Below are positions 41,705 to 53,073 of a stretch of DNA of 64,000 bases, one piece after another; position 1 is the first letter of the stretch; every line of letters begins with the position of its first letter. The translations under genes and the position numbers were made by a program. The notes under the pieces were generated by a model that saw nothing but the letters and a program-made list of their open reading frames with translations, searched no databases and was not told the origin of the DNA. This stretch comes from an uncultured Bifidobacterium sp. (lineage in GTDB: Bacteria; Bacteroidota; Bacteroidia; UKL13-3). Location of the stretch: contig CAZGVO010000003.1 of NCBI GenBank assembly GCA_964529175.1, positions 195,120 to 259,119 of the forward strand, in the 5' to 3' direction.

Positions 41705-42146
41705 TAATATCTAACAATCGTCTGTGGTAATTAATTTGCCCCAAATGATAACTTAAATGACACAAAAAGCGAGTAAGGTAAAAACCAGTGGTATTAACAC
41801 CCATAAAATCAAAAGGGAAAGTTTTTTGTAGATCTTCTTCTGTTATTTTATCAAACTCATTTGCAATTAATGCTTGGGTAGCTTTTACCATTTCGGCTAA
41901 CTCTTGTTTCGAAATATTTTTACTATCAAATTCAGCATCTCTATTACGTACATAATTGGTTTTAAGCATAACAGAACCAATAAAATGGTTGATATTTCCA
42001 ATTAAATGTAAACATAAATTCCCACCTGAGTTTTTTATATTTTTATCAATAATCCAAAGATTTTCGGTATTTGAATAAGCGTTTATTTCGTTTAATAAAT
42101 TTTCTAGTTCAAAACTATAAAGTTGTTTTAAAACTTGTATTTGCAT
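41697..42146 (-). CDS. DinB/YfiT-like (DUF1572) four-helix metal-binding protein
   Basis: The 149-aa protein has conserved His triads (HLIGNINH and HLSYHLGQINYH). Confidence 0.55.
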   Translation of the reverse strand: MQIQVLKQLYSFELENLLNEINAYSNTENLWIIDKNIKNSGGNLCLHLIGNINHFIGSVMLKTNYVRNRDAEFDSKNISKQELAEMVKATQALIANEFDKITEEDLQKTFPFDFMGVNTTGFYLTRFLCHLSYHLGQINYHRRLLDINA

Positions 42147-42379
42147 GGTTCAATATTAATCAAAATATTTTAATGCCAATTGTAAAATTGTTTAGTGGAT
42201 TTGGTGCAATTTGATTGGTTATTATAAAAATGAATTTAAACAAAACTAGTTTAACAAAAAAATAAAAATTCACTATTTTCCCTTTTCCAAATCCCAACTC
42301 TCATTTCCAAACACTCCTCTCACAAATCATCCATCAAAAATCAAAAATCATTATTACATTCGCGCCTCGATTAATAATT

Positions 42380-43864
42380 ATGGCAGAATTTAAAAAAGTA
42401 AAACGCAGCGAAAACTATTCAGCGTGGTATAATAATTTAGTAGAACAAGCAGATTTAGCGCAACACTCAGCAGTAAAAGGCTGTATGGTAATTAAGCCCT
42501 ATGGTTATGCCATTTGGGAAAAAATGCAAGCTGAGCTAGACAGAAGGTTTAAAGAAACTGGTCATCAAAATGCTTATTTTCCGCTATTTGTACCCAAAAG
42601 TTTATTCGAAGCTGAAGAAAAAAATGCAGAAGGTTTTGCTAAAGAATGTGCCATCGTAACCCATTATCGTTTAAAAACCGATCCTGATAATAAAGGAAAA
42701 TTAATAGTTGACCCTGAAGCAAAATTGGAAGAAGAATTGATAGTTCGCCCAACTAGTGAGGCTATAATTTGGAATACTTACCGCGATTGGATTCAAAGCT
42801 ACCGCGATTTACCAATTTTAATTAACCAATGGGCTAATGTGGTGCGTTGGGAAATGCGTACGCGTTTGTTTTTACGTACTGCTGAGTTTTTATGGCAAGA
42901 AGGTCACACAGCGCATGCCACCAAAGAAGAAGCATTGGCTGAAACTCGTCAGATGCTTGAGGTTTATGCCGATTTTGCTGAAAACATCATGGCAGTACCT
43001 GTGGTAAAAGGGGTAAAAACTGAAAACGAGCGTTTTGCGGGAGCTGATGAAACTTTTTGTATTGAAGGATTGATGCAAGATGGAAAAGCATTGCAAATGG
43101 GAACTAGTCACTTTTTAGGTCAAAACTTTGCCAAAGCTTTTGATGTAAAATTTGTAAGCAAAGAAAATGTAAAAGACTACGTTTGGGCTACAAGCTGGGG
43201 CGTTTCTACCCGTTTAATGGGTGCATTAATTATGAGCCATAGTGATGACGAAGGATTGGTATTACCTCCAAAATTAGCGCCAATTCAAGTTGTAATTGTT
43301 CCAATTACTGGTAAAAAAGAAGACGAAAAAGCATTGGTTTTAGATAAAGCCCGCGAATATTTTACAGCCTTAAAAGCCAAAGGCATTTTAGTAAAATTGG
43401 ATGATAGAGATAATATGTCGCCAGGTTATAAATTTGCAGATTACGAACTTAAAGGGGTGCCATTGCGCATAGCCATTGGTCCAAGAGATGTGGCTGCTGG
43501 CAATGTAGAACTTGCCAGACGCGATACCAAAACCAAAGAAATTATAAGCGCAGAAAATTTGCCTGAAACAATCAGCAATTTGTTAGAAGAAATTCAAAAT
43601 AGCGTTTATAACAAAGCATTGGAATATAGAGATTCACATATTCATACCGTAAATAATTGGGATGAATTTATGGATGCCATTGAAAATAAAACTGGTTTTG
43701 TAAGCGCGCATTGGGATGGAACGGGCGAAACCGAAGAAAAAATTAAAGAACTTAGCAAAGCTACTATTCGTTGTGTGCCTTTAAATAATGTGCAAGAAGA
43801 AGGAGTTTGTGTGTTAACTGGAAAACCTTCAACTCAAAGAGTTTTATTTGCAAAAGCTTATTAA
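42380..43864 (+). CDS. proS: Proline--tRNA ligase (archaeal/eukaryotic-like class II)
   Basis: The 494-aa protein begins [14 protein letters not shown], the typical type-II ProRS N-terminus. Confidence 0.9.
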   Translation: MAEFKKVKRSENYSAWYNNLVEQADLAQHSAVKGCMVIKPYGYAIWEKMQAELDRRFKETGHQNAYFPLFVPKSLFEAEEKNAEGFAKECAIVTHYRLKTDPDNKGKLIVDPEAKLEEELIVRPTSEAIIWNTYRDWIQSYRDLPILINQWANVVRWEMRTRLFLRTAEFLWQEGHTAHATKEEALAETRQMLEVYADFAENIMAVPVVKGVKTENERFAGADETFCIEGLMQDGKALQMGTSHFLGQNFAKAFDVKFVSKENVKDYVWATSWGVSTRLMGALIMSHSDDEGLVLPPKLAPIQVVIVPITGKKEDEKALVLDKAREYFTALKAKGILVKLDDRDNMSPGYKFADYELKGVPLRIAIGPRDVAAGNVELARRDTKTKEIISAENLPETISNLLEEIQNSVYNKALEYRDSHIHTVNNWDEFMDAIENKTGFVSAHWDGTGETEEKIKELSKATIRCVPLNNVQEEGVCVLTGKPSTQRVLFAKAY

Positions 43865-43999
43865 AATTTAAACCACTTAATAAATAAAAATTGAAACACA
43901 TAGCAAATAGAAACATAGATTATAAACTATAATTCTATGTTCTATGTGGTTTATTTTTGTACCATAAGTTCATTTTCATTTTCCACAAATGAAGACACA

Positions 44000-44031
44000 A
44001 AAAAGCAGTTCAAATTGAACTGCTTTTTTGT
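44000..44031. terminator. Bidirectional terminator between proS and the SDR gene
   Basis: The hairpin is aaaaaagcagttcaaattgaactgctttttt. Confidence 0.65.
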
Positions 44032-44853
44032 TTACAAACCTCTTTCTACCACCAAGCGCACCATGGCTTTAAACCACCTTAATGGAATTATTCTGCGTAA
44101 AAAAATCAATATTGGAGCGCCACCTCCTACCGGGTATCGTAATTTAAAATTATGATCATTAGCTGCTTTAAAAATTACTTTAGCCACTACCTCTGGCCCA
44201 GGTGCATTAGCTCCTGCTTGTTGTGTATTTTTAAAGGCCACAGCTGCATAATTATCGTAATCGGTTAAACTATCTTTTTTTAATAAATCTTGCGAACGAC
44301 TGTAAAAATCGGTTTTTATAGCTCCTGGTTCCACATTTTTTACTTTGATATTAAATGGCTTTAGTTCAAACGATAACGATTCTGCAAAACCTTCCAAAGC
44401 CCATTTGGTGCCATGGTAAACACTGTAAATTGGAAAAGTAATAATGCCACCAACCGAAGTAATATTGATAATATGACCATTTTTATTTGCTCTAAAATGA
44501 GGCAAAATGGCTCTTATCACATTCATTACACCAAACACATTGGTATCAAATTGTTTTTTTATTTGTTCAGCAGTAGCAGCTTCAAAAATACCTACTGCTC
44601 CATAACCAGCATTATTTACAATTACATCTATTTTATCAAAATCGATAATAGCCTGATTAACAATATTTTGTATATTTGCCTCATTTAGAACATCTAGGGC
44701 ATAAGTTTTTATATTTGGTAAGTGTTTTAAAGTTTCATCTTTTTCAGGATTTCGCATGGTGGCAGCTACGTTCCAACCATTTTGAGCAAAATATTTTGCT
44801 GTAGCATTTCCTATTCCTGACGATGAGCCTGTAATTAATACTGTTTTTTTCAT
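44032..44853 (-). CDS. SDR-family NAD(P)-dependent oxidoreductase
   Basis: The 273-aa protein has the TGSSSGIG cofactor motif and the YxxxK catalytic motif. Confidence 0.8.
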   Translation of the reverse strand: MKKTVLITGSSSGIGNATAKYFAQNGWNVAATMRNPEKDETLKHLPNIKTYALDVLNEANIQNIVNQAIIDFDKIDVIVNNAGYGAVGIFEAATAEQIKKQFDTNVFGVMNVIRAILPHFRANKNGHIINITSVGGIITFPIYSVYHGTKWALEGFAESLSFELKPFNIKVKNVEPGAIKTDFYSRSQDLLKKDSLTDYDNYAAVAFKNTQQAGANAPGPEVVAKVIFKAANDHNFKLRYPVGGGAPILIFLRRIIPLRWFKAMVRLVVERGL

Positions 44854-44996
44854 AATTTAGTAAATGAGCTAATTTTTTTTACAAAATAAGCTGGTAAGTT
44901 AATAAAAACTATTTATTACCTCTATTGTAAAAACAATTAACTATTATTTTATATACCCAATTTTAAATTATGTTTGCGTTTTAAACCCCAATAAAA

Positions 44997-46220
44997 ATGA
45001 CAGTAAAACGCAATGCAGCATTAGGCTTTATATTTATTACCATTTTGGTTGATGTAATTGGACTTGGAATTATTATTCCTGTGGTTCCAAAATTAATTGA
45101 AAAACTAACTGGTGAAGGTATTTCAGAAGCTTCTCGCTATGGCGGTTGGTTGGTGTTTTGCTTTGCAATTATGCAATTTTTGTTTTCGCCAATTTTGGGC
45201 GGATTAAGTGATAGATTTGGCAGACGACCTGTTTTGCTACTTTCGCTTTTAGGTTTAGGATTAGATTATATTTTACACGCCTATGCTCCATCTATTACAT
45301 GGTTATTTGTAGGCAGGCTAATAGCTGGTGTAATGGGAGCAAGTTTTACCACTGCTACTGCTTATATAGCCGATATTAGTACACCCGAAAAACGTGCTCA
45401 AAATTTTGGTTTAATTGGTGCTGCTTTTGGTTTAGGTTTTATTATAGGGCCAATAATTGGTGGGCTTTCAGCTAAATGGGGTCCAAGCATGCCTTTTTTA
45501 GTGGCCGCGAGCTTAACTTTGCTTAATTTACTTTATGGTTATTTTGTATTACCAGAATCGTTGTTAAAAGAAAACAGACGCAAGTTTGAATGGAAACGAG
45601 CTAATCCAATAGGGTCGTTGGCTCATCTAAAAAAATATCCTGTAGTTTCGGGTTTAATAGCATCGTTGGTGCTAATTTATATTGCTTCGCACGCTGTACA
45701 ATCAAACTGGAGCTATTTTACCATATACAAATTTAATTGGAACGAAGAAATGGTTGGCTATTCGCTAGCTGTGGTTGGTGTTTTGGTTTCCATTGTTCAA
45801 GGTTTTTTAATTAGGGTAATTAACCCAAAATTGGGTCAAAACAAGTCCATTTATTTAGGTTTATTATTGTATGCCATTGGTTTAATTTTGTTTGGCTTAG
45901 CTTGGAAGGATTGGATGATGTTTGCTTTTTTAATTCCATACTGCCTTGGTGGAATAGCTGGCCCAGCTATCCAAGGTTTAATATCGAACCAAGTTCCTCC
46001 AACTGAACAGGGTGAATTACAAGGAGCTTTAACCAGTTTAATAAGCCTTACGTCTATTATTGGCCCACTTATAATGAATAATTTATTTGCTTATGCCACG
46101 GCCAAAGATTCATTGTTCTTTTTACCAGGAGCACCTTTCTTTTTAGCTGCATTACTTATTTTTATAAGTGGCTTTTTAGCTTTAAAAACTTTATCGAAAC
46201 ATCGTTTCAAAAAAGCATAA
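44997..46220 (+). CDS. MFS transporter (TCR/Tet-family drug efflux pump-like)
   Basis: The 407-aa protein has 12 transmembrane segments and the GxLSDRxGRR motif. Confidence 0.8.
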   Translation: MTVKRNAALGFIFITILVDVIGLGIIIPVVPKLIEKLTGEGISEASRYGGWLVFCFAIMQFLFSPILGGLSDRFGRRPVLLLSLLGLGLDYILHAYAPSITWLFVGRLIAGVMGASFTTATAYIADISTPEKRAQNFGLIGAAFGLGFIIGPIIGGLSAKWGPSMPFLVAASLTLLNLLYGYFVLPESLLKENRRKFEWKRANPIGSLAHLKKYPVVSGLIASLVLIYIASHAVQSNWSYFTIYKFNWNEEMVGYSLAVVGVLVSIVQGFLIRVINPKLGQNKSIYLGLLLYAIGLILFGLAWKDWMMFAFLIPYCLGGIAGPAIQGLISNQVPPTEQGELQGALTSLISLTSIIGPLIMNNLFAYATAKDSLFFLPGAPFFLAALLIFISGFLALKTLSKHRFKKA

Positions 46221-46237
46221 CCAAAAAGTTCTTAAAT

Positions 46238-46273
46238 AAAGAAAGCTTGTTTTTTCTAAAACAAGCTTTCTTT
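46238..46273. terminator. Bidirectional terminator between the MFS gene and the rhodanese-thioredoxin gene
   Basis: The hairpin is aaagaaagcttgtttt...aaaacaagctttcttt. Confidence 0.65.
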
Positions 46274-46299
46274 ATATTATACTGATTATCAGCAATTTG

Positions 46300-47049
46300 C
46301 TATTTAACCATATTACTTTCAATAACCTTTAATAAATCGGCTTTGGTTATTAAACCAATATTGGTGTAAACACGTTTACCATTTTTATAAAGAATAAGAG
46401 TTGGTAACTCTTCTACATTTAAATTTTTTACTATTTCTTGGCTTTCATCAGCATTTACTTTTATAAATGTTAATTTATCTTTTTTCTCTTCGGCTATTTC
46501 GGCCAAGTACGGTGCCATTTTTTTGCAAGGTCCACACCATGGTGCATACACATCAACCAAAACCAATTGATTATCGGCAATTTGTTTATTTAGGTCAGCT
46601 AACGATAAGCCAGTAGTTGCAGGTTTTACTGGCTCATTTCCAGTAACTGAAATTGGTTTAGCTGCATTGCGCCAAGCATTCATACCTCCTTTTAAATCAT
46701 ATACTTGGGTAAAACCCATTTCTTTCAATTTATTGGCTGCACTTGCGCTTCGGCCTCCAGCTAAACAATATACATACACAGGTTTGGTTTTATCTAATTT
46801 GGCAGCTTCAGCGGCAAAGTTATCGCCATTCCAATCAATGTTTTTTGCAGTTCCAATAAAACCTTCGGCATATTCGCCTGGAGTTCTTACATCAATTAAT
46901 TGAATATTTTTATCCGCATTGATATTTTGCTCAAATGCATTTACATCTAGCTTTCCTCCAGCTCCACTGGCATTATTTTGACAAGATGATATATTGATAA
47001 CAAAAAACAGCGCTATAACGGCTGTGGTAAAAAATTTAATAATTTTCAT
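46300..47049 (-). CDS. Rhodanese-thioredoxin fusion lipoprotein
   Basis: The 249-aa protein has a lipobox (ISSC), a rhodanese active-site loop (CLAGGRS) and a thioredoxin WCGPC motif. Confidence 0.8.
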   Translation of the reverse strand: MKIIKFFTTAVIALFFVINISSCQNNASGAGGKLDVNAFEQNINADKNIQLIDVRTPGEYAEGFIGTAKNIDWNGDNFAAEAAKLDKTKPVYVYCLAGGRSASAANKLKEMGFTQVYDLKGGMNAWRNAAKPISVTGNEPVKPATTGLSLADLNKQIADNQLVLVDVYAPWCGPCKKMAPYLAEIAEEKKDKLTFIKVNADESQEIVKNLNVEELPTLILYKNGKRVYTNIGLITKADLLKVIESNMVK

Positions 47050-47051
47050 TT

Positions 47052-48467
47052 TTATAATAAAGTTAAAGGCGCAATATAATTGGTTTTGGGAACACTTGTT
47101 TTTGAAATTTCGCCAAATCCTCCTAATACATCCACAAAATTATTCCAACCACGTTGTTTTAAAATAGAAGCTGCTATCATGCTTCTATAACCACCAGCGC
47201 AGTATAAAATAAATGGTCTATCTTTAGGAAACTCAGCCAAATGGTTATTTATTTTAGCCAAAGGTGCATTAATTGCACCAATTACATGGCTTGATTCAAA
47301 CTCGCTTGCTTTTCTAACATCAATTACCAAAGTATCTTTTGTTTTATAAACTTGCTCAAATTCTTGTGCCGTAATTCGATTTATTACATCAAATTCATGC
47401 CCACTATTTTTCCAAATATTAAATCCTCCATCTAAAAAACCAATGGTTTTATCGTAACCAACGCGCGCTAATCTTATAATGGTTTCTTCTTCGCGGCCTT
47501 TATCAGTTACAAATATAATTTTTTGGTTTATATCGCTTATCAAATCGCCAACCCACATAGCAAAGTTGCTATCTAAGCCAATATTAATGCTTAAAGGCAC
47601 ACTTCCCTCACTGTAATCATTTGCGTTTCGTGTATCTAAAACCAGCACATCATCTTGCTTTGCCAATAATTCGAAAGCCGAAATAGTTAAAGGCTGCATA
47701 CCTCTTTTAATTACGTCATCTATACTTTCGTAGCCATTTATATTCAACAACACATTTTTAGGAAAATAAGCTGGGGGAGTGGTTAACCCTGTTAAAACTT
47801 CTTTTATAAACTCTTGCTTACTCATATCAGGCCTCAAAGCATAGTTAAATTTCTTTTGATTTCCTAAGGTGTCAACCGTTTCTTTACTCATCATTTTACC
47901 GCAGGCACTGCCAGCACCATGGTTTGGATAAATTACCAAATCATCGCTCAATGGCATAATTTTATTCCTTAACGAATCGTATAAATGACCCGCTAAAATT
48001 TCTTCAGTTAAATCAGCAATAACGTGTTGCGCCAAATCAGGCCTGCCCACATCGCCTATAAATAAAGTATCACCAGTTATTAAACCTTTTTCTTGGTTAT
48101 TTTCATCAATCAATAAATAGCAAGTACTTTCCAAAGTATGTCCAGGAGTATGAATTACTTTTATTTTACACCCACCTACTTCAAACACTTGGTTATCTAA
48201 GGCCACAATGGCACCAAAATTAGGTTTTGCTGTTGGTCCATAAACTATTATAGCATTGGCTTTTTTAGCTAAATCAATATGTCCCGATACAAAATCGGCA
48301 TGAAAATGTGTTTCGAAAATATATTTTATTTTGGCGTTATCGTGTTTAGCTCTATCCAAGTAAGGAGTAACTTCACGCAATGGATCAAAAATAGCTGCTT
48401 CTCCGTTACTTTCAATATAATAAGCTGCATGAGCCAAACATCCTGTATATATTTGATTAATAATCAT
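47052..48467 (-). CDS. Persulfide dioxygenase-like protein: an MBL-fold metallohydrolase fused to tandem rhodanese domains (CstB/ETHE1-like)
   Basis: The 471-aa protein has the HFHADFVSGH metal-binding motif and a C-terminal rhodanese active site (CAGGYRS). Confidence 0.75.
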   Translation of the reverse strand: MIINQIYTGCLAHAAYYIESNGEAAIFDPLREVTPYLDRAKHDNAKIKYIFETHFHADFVSGHIDLAKKANAIIVYGPTAKPNFGAIVALDNQVFEVGGCKIKVIHTPGHTLESTCYLLIDENNQEKGLITGDTLFIGDVGRPDLAQHVIADLTEEILAGHLYDSLRNKIMPLSDDLVIYPNHGAGSACGKMMSKETVDTLGNQKKFNYALRPDMSKQEFIKEVLTGLTTPPAYFPKNVLLNINGYESIDDVIKRGMQPLTISAFELLAKQDDVLVLDTRNANDYSEGSVPLSINIGLDSNFAMWVGDLISDINQKIIFVTDKGREEETIIRLARVGYDKTIGFLDGGFNIWKNSGHEFDVINRITAQEFEQVYKTKDTLVIDVRKASEFESSHVIGAINAPLAKINNHLAEFPKDRPFILYCAGGYRSMIAASILKQRGWNNFVDVLGGFGEISKTSVPKTNYIAPLTLL

Positions 48468-48564
48468 TTTATGTAAATTTTAGTTCACACAAATTTGAAT
48501 TCAAATAATTGAATAACAATTGACTAGAATCAAGTATTTTAATAAATTATGCTATCAAAAAAAC

Positions 48565-50307
48565 TTATTTACCTGTAAATTGAATATAAAATGTTGTGCC
48601 TACTCCTACTTCACTTTCTACATGTATTTTGCCACCTGTTTTATTTAAAAAATCTTTACAAAGCAATAAACCCAAACCTGTTCCTTTTTCATTATCAGTG
48701 CCAAGCGTAGTAAAAGTTTCCCCACCAAATAGTTTTTTTACCTTATCGGCACTCATACCTATGCCTGTATCTTTAAAAACAACAGTTTCTTCGCCATTAA
48801 TTACTTGCGTTGAAACCATAATTGAATCGTTAGATTTACAAAACTTAATTGCATTTGAAAATAAATTCCTAAACACCAATTGCACAGTATTTTTATCAGC
48901 ATTTAATAAATAATCGCTTGCTATATTATTAATTATTTGTATGTTCTTTTCAGATGATAATTTGTTAAAAAAAGTTATTTCAGCATCAACCAAATCCTTT
49001 AATAATATTGGTTCCACAACTATTTTAACAGCATCAATTTGGCTTTTTGACCAATTAAGCAAATTTTCTAATAAGGTAGATGTGTAATCAACATTTTCTG
49101 TCAACTTGGGTAAATATTGCTTAAATTCCTCAGGCGAAAGTCCATCTTCACTTACAATTCGAAGCATGCTTACTAAACTAGCAAATGGCGCTTTTAAATC
49201 GTGAGCTATAATTGAAAACAATTTATCTTTCAGTTTATTAAGTTCCTCTAACTGCTGTGTTTGTTTTTCTAATTTTTCTTTGGCTAACTCACTTTCTGTT
49301 ATATCTCTAAATATTAGTAAATTACCTTTATAAACACCTTTCATTGGGTTAATTTCACTCACAGTAATATCAAACACACGGTTATGTGTATTTAATATAA
49401 AATGCTTACCATTAGCCAATTGTAACTTATCTTTCAATAGGTTACTGTCTTCAATAATTTCTAATATATTTTTTCCAATTATAGCAGTGTCTATTGTATT
49501 TAAAAACTTTAAAACTATAGCATTCACATCTAAAATTCGATACTGCCAATCAATAACAATAACACCTTCACTCATATTCTCAATCACTTTTTCTCTAGCT
49601 ATTGGAATTAGGTTAAATAAACTGTGTCTTAATAAAGAAAATGCAATAGTAGATGATGTAATGATAAAAGCATAAGGAGTTAAATCAATGTGACCAAAAG
49701 GCCTATACCCTAAAAGATAAACCAAATTGGCTAGCCAAGGTATTAAAGCAGCAAAAATGATGGAGATATATTGTTTCTTATAAATTAAATAGCCTTTTCT
49801 TAAAGTATTTACCAAAAGATAAATTCCTAGAATAAGCATAAAATAAAAGAATACTGTGTGAATGATATAAGCTATACCAGGCGTTATGGAAAGTAAAGGA
49901 AATGCACCAGAATTATCGAGTTCAATCGTTTTATAATGTAAAAAATGATAATTATTGGTAACAACTAACAAAAAATCAATAATAGGAAAAAGTAATATTA
50001 GAAATAAATTACCTTTCAATAACCATTCATTTTTATTGATAAATTTTATTACAAAAATAATCCAAATTGCTGGTAAAAATGAAATACCCAAGTATTCGAT
50101 TTTTATAAAAAATAGCATTTGCTCAAGAGCAGAACTTGCCAATTCAAACCCATACGCTATACTCCAAATGGATATAAAAAACATTAAAGTGGAGAACCAC
50201 TTTACAACCCCACCAATACGTTGAAAAAGTACAACTGCTAAAAACAAGTTAGCACTTCCAATTATTAATAAAACTAAAGCAAAAATGTTAAATTCAAAAC
50301 TCATCAC
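48565..50307 (-). CDS. Sensor histidine kinase with an N-terminal 7TM sensor, a PAS domain, a HisKA domain and an HATPase domain
   Basis: The 580-aa protein has seven N-terminal transmembrane helices. It then carries the SIIAHDLKAPF H-box and the G1/G2 boxes. Confidence 0.8.
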   Translation of the reverse strand: MMSFEFNIFALVLLIIGSANLFLAVVLFQRIGGVVKWFSTLMFFISIWSIAYGFELASSALEQMLFFIKIEYLGISFLPAIWIIFVIKFINKNEWLLKGNLFLILLFPIIDFLLVVTNNYHFLHYKTIELDNSGAFPLLSITPGIAYIIHTVFFYFMLILGIYLLVNTLRKGYLIYKKQYISIIFAALIPWLANLVYLLGYRPFGHIDLTPYAFIITSSTIAFSLLRHSLFNLIPIAREKVIENMSEGVIVIDWQYRILDVNAIVLKFLNTIDTAIIGKNILEIIEDSNLLKDKLQLANGKHFILNTHNRVFDITVSEINPMKGVYKGNLLIFRDITESELAKEKLEKQTQQLEELNKLKDKLFSIIAHDLKAPFASLVSMLRIVSEDGLSPEEFKQYLPKLTENVDYTSTLLENLLNWSKSQIDAVKIVVEPILLKDLVDAEITFFNKLSSEKNIQIINNIASDYLLNADKNTVQLVFRNLFSNAIKFCKSNDSIMVSTQVINGEETVVFKDTGIGMSADKVKKLFGGETFTTLGTDNEKGTGLGLLLCKDFLNKTGGKIHVESEVGVGTTFYIQFTGK

Positions 50308-50341
50308 TCACCCATCTATCAAACAAAGATAAATATTAAAT

Positions 50342-51448
50342 CTATTTATTTTGCTTACCTAATAACTCTTCTATTTCTTGTTCAATTTCGTTTGCATCGG
50401 CATCAATATCTGTAATAATGTGGCGATAAATATAAACTGGTAATTGGCCTAAAATAATAGCCATACCAACAATTACTGAACCCAATAATAAAATATCATT
50501 CTTACGCAATACAAAAGCCACAGTAATGAATAATACGTTGGTAGCATATAGAGTAAAACTTACTTGAGCGTGAGAAAGACCTATTTTTATCAACCAGTGA
50601 TGGATGTGGTTTCTATCAGCTTTAAAAGGAGATTGTTTATTTAAAATTCGAATAATAAAAACACGTAGTGTATCGTACAAAGGAACTATAAGTACTGCTA
50701 TAGCTAAAACTGGTGCGGTATTTAAGGTTAAATCAGCCGAATGAGGAATATTACCAAATTCAATGAACTTAATGGTAAATACAGAAATTAAAAATCCAAT
50801 GGTAAGGGAACCTGCATCACCCATAAAAATTTTTGCAGGAGCAAAATTATAAAATAGAAACCCAAAAATAGAACCAGCAAGAGCAAAACTAATAGAAGCC
50901 CAAGCATACTCACCAATTAAATAAAACCAAATAGAATACGATAAAGAAATAATAAATCCTAATCCCCCAGCCAAACCATCTACCCCGTCAATTAAATTGA
51001 AGGCATTTGTTATTACAATTAAAGTAAACATACTTACTGGAATACTAACAAGAACTGGCACATCATAAATACCAAATATACCTTGAAAATTAGTTATACG
51101 CAACCCCTCAACTGCACATACCAAAGTAGCTGAAAAAATTTGCATAATCAACTTATTAATAGGCGAAAGCATGATTATATCATCTTTCAAACCAGAGAAA
51201 AACAAAATGATTAAACCTGCAGAAAGATATTGCAATCGTGGCATATCTGCCCCACCCCATAGACAAATAGAAATAGCAAATGAAGCAAAAATAGCTAAAC
51301 CACCAAGCCTTGGAATTTTACTTGTATGCAATTTTCTATCACTATGTGAGTCATACAAACCCTTTAGTTTTGCTATCGTTATAATGGAAGGAATACCAAA
51401 TAAAACAATAAAAAAGGCTGTAATAAAAATGAGTGTAGTATTTAACAT
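50342..51448 (-). CDS. Glycosyltransferase family 4 (MraY/WecA-like undecaprenyl-phosphate HexNAc-1-phosphate transferase)
   Basis: The 368-aa polytopic protein has the NAFNLIDGVDGLA motif. Confidence 0.8.
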   Translation of the reverse strand: MLNTTLIFITAFFIVLFGIPSIITIAKLKGLYDSHSDRKLHTSKIPRLGGLAIFASFAISICLWGGADMPRLQYLSAGLIILFFSGLKDDIIMLSPINKLIMQIFSATLVCAVEGLRITNFQGIFGIYDVPVLVSIPVSMFTLIVITNAFNLIDGVDGLAGGLGFIISLSYSIWFYLIGEYAWASISFALAGSIFGFLFYNFAPAKIFMGDAGSLTIGFLISVFTIKFIEFGNIPHSADLTLNTAPVLAIAVLIVPLYDTLRVFIIRILNKQSPFKADRNHIHHWLIKIGLSHAQVSFTLYATNVLFITVAFVLRKNDILLLGSVIVGMAIILGQLPVYIYRHIITDIDADANEIEQEIEELLGKQNK

Positions 51449-51486
51449 ATGCTATGAATATGAAAAACAAATAACAATAAATTTCT

Positions 51487-51545
51487 GAAAAAAAAAAGAA
51501 AAAAAAAAAGTCCTAACTATCAAACTGATAATTAGGACTTAAATT
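51487..51545. terminator. Terminator at the end of the ribosomal operon, downstream of rplQ
   Basis: On the minus strand the hairpin is aagtcctaattatcagtttgatagttaggactt, followed by a long T-run. Confidence 0.7.
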
Positions 51546-51558
51546 TCGTTAATTAAAA

Positions 51559-52026
51559 CTATTCTGCAGAAGGAGCAGTTTCTGTTGCAACTGTATCTTC
51601 TTTTTTAGTTCTACCACGTCTAGTTTTCTTAGCAGTAGATTTAGCAGCTTTCATTGATAACATTGCTTCATTGAAATCAACTAATTCAATAATTGCCATT
51701 TCAGCGTTATCACCTTGGCGATTCATTAATTTTAAAATTCTTAAGTATCCTCCTGGTCTGTCAGCAATTTTTGCAGCAACTGGTCCAAATAATTCTTTTA
51801 CAGCTTCAGCTTGTTTTAAGTATGAAAATACTGTTCTACGGCTGTGAGTAGAGTCATTTTTAGATTTAGTTATTAAAGGCTCAGCATATAATCTTAATGC
51901 TTTAGCTTTAGCTAAAGTTGTAGTAATTCTTTTATGCAAAATCAATGATGAAGCCATATTAGCCAACATTGCTTTTCTGTGAGGTGCAGTTCTACCTAAA
52001 TGATTAAGTTTGTTTCCGTGTCTCAT
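51559..52026 (-). CDS. rplQ: 50S ribosomal protein L17
   Basis: The 155-aa protein begins [13 protein letters not shown]. It has a basic C-terminal extension. Confidence 0.95.
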   Translation of the reverse strand: MRHGNKLNHLGRTAPHRKAMLANMASSLILHKRITTTLAKAKALRLYAEPLITKSKNDSTHSRRTVFSYLKQAEAVKELFGPVAAKIADRPGGYLRILKLMNRQGDNAEMAIIELVDFNEAMLSMKAAKSTAKKTRRGRTKKEDTVATETAPSAE

Positions 52027-52056
52027 TTTTTTAATATTTATATCGTATCCCTACGA

Positions 52057-53049
52057 TTAGTCTTCGTTTAATTTAAATTTTGCTACGTCCATTCCAAAGG
52101 TTAAACCTTTATCACGAACTAATTCTTCTAATTCAGATAATGATTTCTTACCGAAATTTCTAAATTTCAATAAATCAGCAATATCAAAACTAACTAATTC
52201 AGAAAGAGATTTAATATCAGCAGCCTTTAAACAATTATAAGCACGAACTGACAAATCTAAATCAGATAATGGAGTTTTTAAAATCTTTCTGATATGTAAA
52301 AGGTTTTCATCAACTTCTTGAGGAACTTCTTTAACTTGAGTGTCTAAAGTTATTAATTCGTCACTGAATAACATAAAATGTTGAATTAATATTTTAGCAG
52401 CTTCTTTTAAAGCTTCCTCTGGATGAATTGAACCATCGGTACTGATCTCAATATTTAATTTCTCGTAATCAGTTTTTTGTTCAACACGATAATCTTCTAC
52501 AGAAAATTTTACATTTATAATAGGAGTAAAAATTGCGTCAATTGGAATTACACCAACAACTGAATCTTTATTTCTATTTTCATCAGCAGGTAAGTATCCA
52601 CGACCTTTTTCTACAACTAATTCAATTTCTAAATGAACAAAACTTTCCATGTTGCAAATTACTAACTCAGGGTTAAGTATTTTGTAAGCATTGGTATGCT
52701 TTGCTATATCACCAGCTGTAAATTGTTCTTGTCCTTTAATGTTAATGTAAATTTTTTCGTTATCTACACCATCCATAGTACGTTTAAAACGAACTCGTTT
52801 TAAATTTAGAACTATCTCGGTTACATCTTCAATAACACCTTTTATAGTAGAAAATTCATGATCAACACCGGTAATTTTAACTGAAGTTATAGCGTAACCT
52901 TCGAGTGAAGACAATAAAATTCTTCTTAAAGAGTTACCAATAGTAACTCCGTATCCTTTTTCAAGAGGACGGAATTCGAACTGACCAAAAAAGTCAGTAT
53001 CTTTATGCATGATAACCTTGTCAGGCTTTTGAAAAGCAAGTATTGCCAT
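52057..53049 (-). CDS. rpoA: DNA-directed RNA polymerase alpha subunit
   Basis: The 330-aa protein has the conserved N-terminal domain and the alpha C-terminal domain. Confidence 0.95.
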   Translation of the reverse strand: MAILAFQKPDKVIMHKDTDFFGQFEFRPLEKGYGVTIGNSLRRILLSSLEGYAITSVKITGVDHEFSTIKGVIEDVTEIVLNLKRVRFKRTMDGVDNEKIYINIKGQEQFTAGDIAKHTNAYKILNPELVICNMESFVHLEIELVVEKGRGYLPADENRNKDSVVGVIPIDAIFTPIINVKFSVEDYRVEQKTDYEKLNIEISTDGSIHPEEALKEAAKILIQHFMLFSDELITLDTQVKEVPQEVDENLLHIRKILKTPLSDLDLSVRAYNCLKAADIKSLSELVSFDIADLLKFRNFGKKSLSELEELVRDKGLTFGMDVAKFKLNED

Positions 53050-53073
53050 TTATAATATTCTTTTTTTAATTTA

